A stretch of DNA of 64,000 nt from Candidatus Neomarinimicrobium atlanticum (lineage in GTDB: Bacteria; Fidelibacterota; Marinisomatia; Marinisomatales; Marinisomataceae), in contig AQSA01000008.1 in the NCBI GenBank assembly GCA_000402815.1, positions 1,592 to 65,591 of the forward strand, read 5' to 3'. Below are positions 28,422-35,841 of the stretch, piece by piece. Under the pieces are notes generated by a model. That model saw only the letters and a list, made by a program, of their open reading frames with translations, was not told the origin of the DNA and made no database searches. Made by a program: the position numbers and the translations under genes. Numbering within the stretch: position 1 is the stretch's first letter; each line of letters starts with the position of its first letter.

Positions 28422-30497
28422 TCTTTAAGTAATATTAATTTTAAAAACTATTATAGCGGTTCTATGGGACATAATCTATTAGATTTACTATATACCCCCT
28501 GCCTTAAAAATTCTATTAAATATGATAGAGTCGCAGGATTCTTTAGCCCTAAAGTTCTTTCAGCTGCTGCTGAAGGAATGGCATCTTTTGTTCAAAATGG
28601 CGGAAAATATAGACTAGTTTTTAGTAAGCATTTGTTCAAAGAAGAAGATTATGATGCTATTAAGGATGGATATACAAAAGAGTTTGAAGACGACTTCCTG
28701 TCCTGTATTGATGAACTAAGACAATCAATGAAAGATCGTCCAAGAAAAATATTGGGATGGATGATTGCCAATGGACATTTAGAGATTAAAATAGCATTCA
28801 AAACACCTGACAATGCCCTTCTTCACTCTAAATGGGGTAATTTTGAGGATAATAGCGGAAATAGGCTAAACTATAGCGGTTCAATTAATGAAACCGAAAA
28901 TGCCTGGGTTAGACAAGTAGAATACTCTGATGTTTTTTGTAGTTGGAACGAAGGTGATAAATCTAGAGTTGATCAAAAGTTTGATTTATTTGAGACTATT
29001 TGGAATAATGAAGCCCCCAATATAAATGTTTTGGAGTTTACAGAGGTTCAAAAAAATCAATTTAGAATCGATAATGATATAGAAAATCAACAACAATTCA
29101 GTGAGCAATGCGAATTATATGACAGCGAAAGAGCTGAAGAGAAAGAAAATCCTCCTCTCTCCCCTTACAAATACCAACAAGAAGCAATAGATGCATGGAT
29201 AGATAATGATTATAAAGGTATTTTTGCTTTGGCGACAGGTTTGGGCAAAACATTCACCTCCCTGTTTTGCGTTAAAGAATATGCTAAGTTGCATGATAGT
29301 AAATATCTTTGTGTAATTGTATGCCCTTCTGAGTCATTAATCTATCAATGGAAGTCTGAGGTAGAAAAAATTTTAGATAAGACCCCATTGGTGTTAATGG
29401 ATGAAAGTAATTGGTCTGTTAAGCTAAAAGAAGAAATTGGTAGTTTAAATAATGATTATGAAGATAACCTTGTCTGCTTAGTAACATATCATACTTATTT
29501 TAAACCAAATTTTACATCAAGCATTGAGCAATGCGATAAAAATAAGATTATTATTTGTGATGAAGTGCATAATTCTGGAGCAAAAACTTGGAGAAAAGGC
29601 TTAATAGATGATTTTGATGCACGAATAGCTCTAAGTGCTACACCAAAAAGACATTTTGATGATGAAGGATCTAGTATAATTGAAGAATATTTTGATGGAG
29701 TAATAATAGAAAGAGATTTGGAATGGGGTATTAATAATGGCCCCAAAGAAGGTGAAACATTCCTTTCTCCTTACTACTATTCTGCCAAAGAAATAGATTT
29801 AACAGAAGAAGAGCTTGTTGACTATAGAAAAGTTACGCAAGCCATGGTAATTAATTATAATCCAAATGTATTGTTACAAGATGATAAATGGATGGGACTT
29901 GCTAATAAGCGAGCAAAAATTATTAAGAATGCTGAAAACAAGCTTGTTGAACTTAAACTGTTGCTAAAGAAGTTGGACTATAATCTTGATGGTGGTTTTA
30001 TTTTTGCTGGAGGTAGAAAGAATGACGAAGAAGGAAGTAGTTTTTTTGAAAAAGTACAATCCATCCTTGAAAAAAATAAAATGAAATATAGAAGATTTAT
30101 ATCAGACGACGCTAAAGAAGACCGTAAAACAGTTCTTAATCAGTTTAAAAGCAAAAGACTTGATGCTATACTGGCTATAGACTGTCTTGATGAAGGTATT
30201 GACATTCCTAATGCAGAAACAGCAATCCTGTTAAGCAGTTCAAGTAACTCAAAACAGTATATACAAAGAAGAGGAAGAGTTTTAAGAGTTCCTAAAGACA
30301 ATAAGAATAAAATAGCAAAGATTTATGATTTTATTTGCATCCCTCCTCCTGCCGAAAAAAAGTCTTTTTTTATGGAACAGTCATTAATAAAAAAACAACT
30401 AAACAGATTTAAAGAATTTTCAGATATATCGCTTAATAAAGATGAAAATCAAAAATTAATTGAAAAAATTGCAGATAATTGGGAAATTGAACTATGA
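28419..30497 (+). CDS. HKD (phospholipase-D-family) nuclease domain fused to an SF2 ResIII/DEAD-DEAH-type helicase
   Basis: N-terminal PLD block 'YDRVAGFFS'..'LLHSKWGNFEDNSGNRLNYSGSINET' (HxK..GSxN). Helicase motifs I 'ALATGLGKTF', Ia 'VIVCPSESLIYQW', II 'IICDEVHNSG', III 'ALSATPKR', VI 'QYIQRRGRVLR'. Confidence 0.85.
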   Translation: MSLSNINFKNYYSGSMGHNLLDLLYTPCLKNSIKYDRVAGFFSPKVLSAAAEGMASFVQNGGKYRLVFSKHLFKEEDYDAIKDGYTKEFEDDFLSCIDELRQSMKDRPRKILGWMIANGHLEIKIAFKTPDNALLHSKWGNFEDNSGNRLNYSGSINETENAWVRQVEYSDVFCSWNEGDKSRVDQKFDLFETIWNNEAPNINVLEFTEVQKNQFRIDNDIENQQQFSEQCELYDSERAEEKENPPLSPYKYQQEAIDAWIDNDYKGIFALATGLGKTFTSLFCVKEYAKLHDSKYLCVIVCPSESLIYQWKSEVEKILDKTPLVLMDESNWSVKLKEEIGSLNNDYEDNLVCLVTYHTYFKPNFTSSIEQCDKNKIIICDEVHNSGAKTWRKGLIDDFDARIALSATPKRHFDDEGSSIIEEYFDGVIIERDLEWGINNGPKEGETFLSPYYYSAKEIDLTEEELVDYRKVTQAMVINYNPNVLLQDDKWMGLANKRAKIIKNAENKLVELKLLLKKLDYNLDGGFIFAGGRKNDEEGSSFFEKVQSILEKNKMKYRRFISDDAKEDRKTVLNQFKSKRLDAILAIDCLDEGIDIPNAETAILLSSSSNSKQYIQRRGRVLRVPKDNKNKIAKIYDFICIPPPAEKKSFFMEQSLIKKQLNRFKEFSDISLNKDENQKLIEKIADNWEIEL

Positions 30498-30700
30498 AAA
30501 ATAAAGAAAATATAATAGATAAAAATCTTGAAATTATGCAGTCTCAAGCAGAAAAAGTGGATAGAATAGAGCATTTTAATTTTTTAAAACACCTAATAAA
30601 TCTTCAGTCAATGCATAAATATAACGTTATAACACAATTTGAAGCTGACTATATGAGTACATTAAGAGCGCAGCTTAAAAAGTATGAAGATAGAGGTTAA
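30494..30700 (+). CDS. 68-aa helical protein of unknown function, translationally coupled on both sides
   Basis: Its ATG overlaps the helicase TGA (ATGA at 30494-30497). Its TAA abuts the next ATG (TAAATG at 30698-30703). Confidence 0.5.
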   Translation: MKNKENIIDKNLEIMQSQAEKVDRIEHFNFLKHLINLQSMHKYNVITQFEADYMSTLRAQLKKYEDRG

Positions 30701-32788
30701 ATGAAGATTAATAAGATTATTCTAAAAAACTATAGGCAGTTCAGAGGCGTTCATACAATAGATTTTTCCCCTAAAAAAAATAAAAATATTAATATTATTC
30801 TTGGAAATAATGGTTTTGGTAAATCCAATACTTATTCAGCAATTAATTGGTGTTTATTTGGCGATGATCAACAAAAACATCAAAGATTAAATTTTAAAGT
30901 TAGAGATGATTTAAAAATTGGTAAAACAAAAAAGGTCTCTGTTATTATTGAGTTGAAAGGTAAAGATGAAAATAACAAAAATAGAATCACTACAATTGAA
31001 AGAATCGAATCATTTAAAAAAATTCAACATAAAAACATAGCAGCAGGTACACCTTCCAAAGCTCGTTCTAAAAAGAATGAGTTTTTTCTTAGCTATTACA
31101 CAACACAAGGCCTAAAAGAGCTAGAAGGAGTTCCAGCTGAAAATTATCTTAATAATAAAATTATTAGCACTGATATAAAAGACTTCTTCTTTTTGGATGG
31201 TCAACAAATTCAAAAATTTGTTTTAAAAAATAGCACAACTGATATTTCAGGTCATCTTGATATTTTAACAAGTATAACAGATATGCAAGGCGTTTTAAAA
31301 AATCTTACAACCTTACAAAAAAAATTAGAAAAAAAAGCACCTTCACAATCTAATTCAGAACTAGAAGAAGAAATTCATGAAAAAAGAAATCAGGTAAATA
31401 ATCTCACAGATACCATGAATCATTCTAAAGAGAATGTTCAGAGATTAAACGAACAAAAACAACGCATAGAATCTAAAATTTTAGATTTGAAAAAAAGGGT
31501 TTCTACTCACTACGAAACTAAACTAATCATTAATAAAAGAAATGATCTTGACAGAAGAATTCTTCAATGCCGAGAAAATATTTCCATGACTCAAGAAGCA
31601 GACTATCTCAATATTATTGAACATTTTGCTGGAACAGTTGCTAATAAACATTTAAAAGAATATAAAAATCTAATTGATAAGAAAGTAGATGACGAAGATT
31701 TACCAAAACCTACGATTGAAGGCGCAGATGACATTATTGATTTTATGATTGATGAAAACAAGCTTGTTATTCAGGATAAGATTTTTGCTGATATTAAATG
31801 GAAGAAAAGTATCGATAAGGATAAGTTTAAAAAATCTATAGAAGATTATAACGAATTTGCTATGAGCCAAAGAGACTCTAAGATGGCAAAAATAGCTCTT
31901 GAAGTAAATGATTTTGTAGTAGCAGCACTTGCTGATACAAAACCTAAAGAAGTGCTTCAAGAATCGAAAGACGCGTATCAAAGAATTAAAGACTTTAATA
32001 CAAGTTTAGATAAAATGCTTAAAGAGCATGTTGATTTAACAAGCCAGATTGGTGATGGCGGAGCAGAAAATATTAAAAATGATGCGGCTGAACTAAGAGG
32101 TAAAGAAAATTTACTATCTGATTTAAATATAGAATATGGTGCTTATCTTAGTAAGTATCAAAGTTCAGAAAAGCAAATTAAGGAAATTGAAAAAGAAATT
32201 AATAAGAAAGAGTCCAAGTTGGGCAAAACTTCTAATATTCATCATGAAATTAACTTTATTAAGCGATCTATAGAGATTTTAAAACCTTCTATTGCAGAAA
32301 CAAGAGCAACGATTCTTTCATCTACAAACAAAGTATTTGCAGATTTGTTTGAACAAAATATATTAAAGAAAAACACCTATGATGTTAAAATAAAAGATGA
32401 CTATTCTTTAGATATAATGCACAGGATAAGAATTGAAGATATGCTTCCAAGAGGAAAAGAACCTCTAATTTCAACAGGTGAGCAATTTTTACTAGGATAC
32501 TCTTATATGCAATCCATGCAAGAAAGCGTCCAACTTCGCTTCCCTATTATCATTGATACTCCTTTAAGTGCAATTGATATGGATTTAAGAGACGGAATTA
32601 TGAATCGTTTTGTTGATCTTGCAAATCGATTTGACTATTTGCAATTTACATTCTTATTTACCAATAGCGAATTAACGCCTGACATAGAAGCTATACTAAA
32701 GCCTAAGATAGGTAAATTTATTAAAATACATGCTGTCGATTCAGGAGATAAAAGTACAGAAGATTCTTACTATGAGGTCCTGTCATGA
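30701..32788 (+). CDS. DndD-like SMC/ABC-type ATPase (Walker A head, long coiled coil, signature plus Walker B tail)
   Basis: 'MKINKIILKNYRQFRGVHTIDF..ILGNNGFGKSNTYSAINWCLFG' (Walker A). About 450 aa of Lys/Glu/Asn-rich coiled coil. C-terminal 'ISTGEQFLLGYSYMQSM..FPIIIDTPLSAIDMD' resembles the DndD 'LSAGE..IIDTPLGRLD' tail. Confidence 0.8.
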   Translation: MKINKIILKNYRQFRGVHTIDFSPKKNKNINIILGNNGFGKSNTYSAINWCLFGDDQQKHQRLNFKVRDDLKIGKTKKVSVIIELKGKDENNKNRITTIERIESFKKIQHKNIAAGTPSKARSKKNEFFLSYYTTQGLKELEGVPAENYLNNKIISTDIKDFFFLDGQQIQKFVLKNSTTDISGHLDILTSITDMQGVLKNLTTLQKKLEKKAPSQSNSELEEEIHEKRNQVNNLTDTMNHSKENVQRLNEQKQRIESKILDLKKRVSTHYETKLIINKRNDLDRRILQCRENISMTQEADYLNIIEHFAGTVANKHLKEYKNLIDKKVDDEDLPKPTIEGADDIIDFMIDENKLVIQDKIFADIKWKKSIDKDKFKKSIEDYNEFAMSQRDSKMAKIALEVNDFVVAALADTKPKEVLQESKDAYQRIKDFNTSLDKMLKEHVDLTSQIGDGGAENIKNDAAELRGKENLLSDLNIEYGAYLSKYQSSEKQIKEIEKEINKKESKLGKTSNIHHEINFIKRSIEILKPSIAETRATILSSTNKVFADLFEQNILKKNTYDVKIKDDYSLDIMHRIRIEDMLPRGKEPLISTGEQFLLGYSYMQSMQESVQLRFPIIIDTPLSAIDMDLRDGIMNRFVDLANRFDYLQFTFLFTNSELTPDIEAILKPKIGKFIKIHAVDSGDKSTEDSYYEVLS

Positions 32789-33240
32789 GTAAATCTAAAT
32801 ATATAATTTTAAAAGAAAGATATTACACAGATGAAAAAAAGACTGAGCCCACATGGCTAGAAGTTAAGAATCATCCTATATGGAAAAAGATTACAGGAAA
32901 AGAAATAGATAGATTGACAATTTCAATGATGGCAACAGTGATTGGGTATCATTACAAGTTACGTAAAACAGGAACTTTTGGGTTGAGTATTGGAGGATGG
33001 CTTCAAAATCCACATACCGGTAAAAGAAACGAAAAACAAGAAAAAGCAATTGCTATTATGGTTGCAATTGCTGTTAAAGAAGAGAGTATTGAAATTCTTA
33101 ATGAGGATGCTAATGATATTCAAAATATTTCACATGAGTATGGAAATGGCGGTGTTTACAAGTTACTTGAAATAATTAATCAAGAAAGTGAAAAAGTTAT
33201 ATTTGATACACTACAAAGTATTATGAGAAAGTCTATTTAA
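32785..33240 (+). CDS. 151-aa protein of unknown function, last gene of the four-gene operon
   Basis: ATGA start/stop overlap with the ATPase (32785-32788). Predicted mostly helical. It occupies the position that dndE has after dndD, but I cannot demonstrate homology. Its 3' end overlaps the convergent C5-MTase gene by 30 nt. Confidence 0.5.
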   Translation: MSKSKYIILKERYYTDEKKTEPTWLEVKNHPIWKKITGKEIDRLTISMMATVIGYHYKLRKTGTFGLSIGGWLQNPHTGKRNEKQEKAIAIMVAIAVKEESIEILNEDANDIQNISHEYGNGGVYKLLEIINQESEKVIFDTLQSIMRKSI

Positions 33241-34491
33241 AAGCGTTTTTCCTATATTTTCTACACAACCTATTACCAGTGCATTTCCCATTAAAAAAGC
33301 TCGTTTACTATCAAGTAAATTATAAACAGTACCATCCTTATTTTTACCAAATTCTGTAAAATTATCTGGAAACATATTTAATCTCTCTAGTTCTAGCGGT
33401 ATTAGTCGTCTAGACTTACCTGAGGATGTCTTAATAAGATGTTTGCTTCTAGATGCAGACTTACCTCCTTCGGCAGTTAAAATCGTGCGGGAGGGCTTAT
33501 TTAGAGCGTCATACAAGTTCATTTTTCCTATTCTTATATCATACTTAAATCCTGATTTAGACGTTCTTGCAAATGTTCCACCAAATTTATGGTGTTCCCA
33601 TTTTTTAATATCTTCTTTGCTTACATAATATTCATCTGGAATATTTTTATCTTTTTCAAGAATATCATTTAAAACCTTATACTTGCCTTTATAATTATTC
33701 TTGATATCATAGGTTAAATACTCCCTATTATGATTAATTCCATAATTGAAGAATTTTTTTGGAGAGCTATATTTAAAAGCGCTAAGTGTACCCTTTGGCG
33801 CAGGATTAAATGCTTTGAAAACTTCATCTAATGATTTATTTCCCAGACTATACATTAGATCTAGTGAATCGTTGCGATTTTTCATGAAAGGAAAGGCCTC
33901 TTCTAATATTAATTTATTCCCTTTTTTGAATTTTTTATAGATTGGAGTATTATTCTTAAAGCAAAAAAAGAAAACTCTCTTTCTTCGCTGAGGAAAACCA
34001 TATAGAGAAGAATCAACTACCATCCATTCCACCGTGTATCCTCTGTCATTTAATGAGGCAAGCATATAGGCAAAATCTCTGCCTTTTTCCAATGCAGGAG
34101 ATTGTAATAATCGATTTACATTTTCAAATAAACAATAAGAAGGTTTTTTCTTGTCAATAACTTCTAAGATTTTATACCATAAATTTCCCTTTTTTCCTTC
34201 TAAGCCCTTCGATGTAGCTAGCGTTTGAGCAACTGAAAAATCTTGGCATGGGAATCCTGCTGTTAAAAGTTCAAAATCTGGAATGTCGTGATTTTCTTTA
34301 ATAACTGTATCAATATCAGTATTTGATAGCGTTTTATCGCCAAAATGATAGCGATATACGTCAGCTGCGGCTTGATTTCTAGGAGTAGATGGTTCATATT
34401 GATTAGTCCATACACATTCAAACCTACTATCTGCTTTTTCAAGCCCAACTCTAAATCCACCTACCCCGCCAAACAATTCAACAAAACGCAT
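33211..34491 (-). CDS. DNA (cytosine-5)-methyltransferase
   Basis: Motif I 'VELFGGVGGF', IV 'GFPCQDFS', VI 'ENV', VIII 'QRRKRVFF', IX 'RRLIPLELERLNMFPDNFT', X 'GNALV'. A variable target-recognition region lies between VIII and IX. Confidence 0.9.
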   Translation of the reverse strand: MRFVELFGGVGGFRVGLEKADSRFECVWTNQYEPSTPRNQAAADVYRYHFGDKTLSNTDIDTVIKENHDIPDFELLTAGFPCQDFSVAQTLATSKGLEGKKGNLWYKILEVIDKKKPSYCLFENVNRLLQSPALEKGRDFAYMLASLNDRGYTVEWMVVDSSLYGFPQRRKRVFFFCFKNNTPIYKKFKKGNKLILEEAFPFMKNRNDSLDLMYSLGNKSLDEVFKAFNPAPKGTLSAFKYSSPKKFFNYGINHNREYLTYDIKNNYKGKYKVLNDILEKDKNIPDEYYVSKEDIKKWEHHKFGGTFARTSKSGFKYDIRIGKMNLYDALNKPSRTILTAEGGKSASRSKHLIKTSSGKSRRLIPLELERLNMFPDNFTEFGKNKDGTVYNLLDSKRAFLMGNALVIGCVENIGKTLLNRLSHNTL

Positions 34492-35009
34492 TAAAACTCT
34501 TTATTTGACCAAGCCATAAATTGATCGAGGTTTAAAATTTTTAAATCTTTAGAAAAATTATCCTTTACGTACAGTTTATTTTTCCAAGCTTCTTTTAGCC
34601 AAGTTACAGCAGGAATAATAGCATCACCACCATGTACAAAAACACACATAGGTTCTGGAAAATTATTTTCAATAAAATTCATATAAAAGTATGGAATTTT
34701 CTCAGATACGCTACCAGATCCTTGTTGCCACTTACACTCTAATCGAAAATATAAATCATCTTTAAAAATTCGATATTCTGAAAAACATCTGGGATTATTG
34801 TAAATACTCTTGTAGTAATTTCTTCCTTTGACAATCACTCCACCTGGATATAGTTCGTTAATAAGGCTTGGCCAATCATTATGGCGCATTATTTTATCCA
34901 TCTCTTTTGAATGAATAACAGTTAAACCCTTATCTTCAAGTTGGGTAATAATATGCCTTTCAAATATTTGACCATTAATATTTGCTTGTGTTCCACCTTG
35001 TAATACCAT
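34491..35009 (-). CDS. Small (172-aa) PD-(D/E)XK-fold nuclease, probable restriction endonuclease partner of the C5 MTase
   Basis: 'NGQIFERHI' (helix Glu) .. 'FKDDLYFRLECKWQQGSGS' (D..ExK core). Its TAA overlaps the MTase ATG by 1 nt (TAATG). Not Vsr-like (no 'CFWH' block). Confidence 0.55.
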   Translation of the reverse strand: MVLQGGTQANINGQIFERHIITQLEDKGLTVIHSKEMDKIMRHNDWPSLINELYPGGVIVKGRNYYKSIYNNPRCFSEYRIFKDDLYFRLECKWQQGSGSVSEKIPYFYMNFIENNFPEPMCVFVHGGDAIIPAVTWLKEAWKNKLYVKDNFSKDLKILNLDQFMAWSNKEF

Positions 35010-35016
35010 ATTTCTC

Positions 35017-35841
35017 CTAATAGTTTGTAATAATTAGCTCAGAGACCTTCTTTCTAGAACTGCTTTTTGATCCTACCGAACGACTTACTAATATCTGCTT
35101 CATATTATATCCATTGTATATTTCTTTTGTTTTAGGCGTTCCTGAATTTGACATCATAAATTTTGCTCCCATATCCGTTAATTTATCGCAAAATCCTTTA
35201 AGATCATAGTGCATTTGTTCCGTGAAGTCATCCTTAGCATATTTAGTAAAAGATGCACTATTGACTGGTAGGTATGGAGGATCAAGATATATAAAACTTT
35301 CTGAATCTAATTTAGGTAAGATATCTAGATAGGAGTGACATCCAAACTTAATTTTTTTGAATATATTTGAACAATTTCTTAGATTATCTTTATCACATAT
35401 AGTCACTTTTCCTGAGCTGGTCCTCCCCTTTGGAACATTAAACTCTCCCTTACTATTTTCTCGATAAAGTCCATTGAAACAAGTTTTATTTAAATAAATA
35501 AAAAGTGCTGCTATTTCATACCTGCTATCAAGCCCTCTATTAAATTCCGTTCTTTTTTCGTAATAGTAGTCTTCATTTATATGATGATTCTGTTCATGTA
35601 TTTTTAAATGATTGATAATTGATTCAACATCAGCCTTAATACATTTGTAGGTAAGAATCAATTTAGGGTTAATATCAGATAAATAGGCGTTATGAGGCTG
35701 TAAATTAAAAAACATCCCACCTCCACCAATCATTGGCTCAAAATAATCGCGATTACTGAAATCTGATGGTAGATAAGCTTTTAAAGTATTTGCAAGGGTA
35801 TATTTACCTCCAGCCCATTTAATGAATGGTTTACTAGTCAT
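35017..35841 (-). CDS. Dam-family (MethyltransfD12, alpha-class) N6-adenine DNA methyltransferase
   Basis: 'FIKWAGGKY', 'FEPMIGGGGMF' (AdoMet motif I), 'YLDPPY' (motif IV). Its start overlaps the DUF2130 stop by 8 nt. Confidence 0.9.
   Translation of the reverse strand: MTSKPFIKWAGGKYTLANTLKAYLPSDFSNRDYFEPMIGGGGMFFNLQPHNAYLSDINPKLILTYKCIKADVESIINHLKIHEQNHHINEDYYYEKRTEFNRGLDSRYEIAALFIYLNKTCFNGLYRENSKGEFNVPKGRTSSGKVTICDKDNLRNCSNIFKKIKFGCHSYLDILPKLDSESFIYLDPPYLPVNSASFTKYAKDDFTEQMHYDLKGFCDKLTDMGAKFMMSNSGTPKTKEIYNGYNMKQILVSRSVGSKSSSRKKVSELIITNY

Noticed and set aside
30349-30372. Homopolymer tracts (A8/T7 here, A8 runs at about 30773, 31316 and 31330, T8 at about 28205) as phase-variation switches in island genes
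   Set aside because: Runs of 7-8 A/T are expected by chance in DNA this AT-rich. There is no evidence of frame disruption, and this cannot be supported without population data.
32990-33175. 61-aa plus-strand ORF nested in another frame of the 151-aa gene
   Set aside because: It lies fully inside the coupled 151-aa ORF, has a Lys/Leu low-complexity sequence, and has no independent start signals.
30701-33240. Interpretation as a phosphorothioate (dnd) modification cluster
   Set aside because: Only a DndD-like ATPase is present. No DndC (PAPS-reductase-like), DndA/IscS or DndB is present in the window, so a PT-modification function is not supported.
34491-35009. 172-aa ORF next to the C5 MTase as a Vsr (very-short-patch repair) endonuclease
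   Set aside because: It lacks the Vsr hallmarks (the N-terminal S..M..I block and the 'GCFWH' motif). The motif pattern is E..D..ECK, typical of PD-(D/E)XK restriction enzymes.
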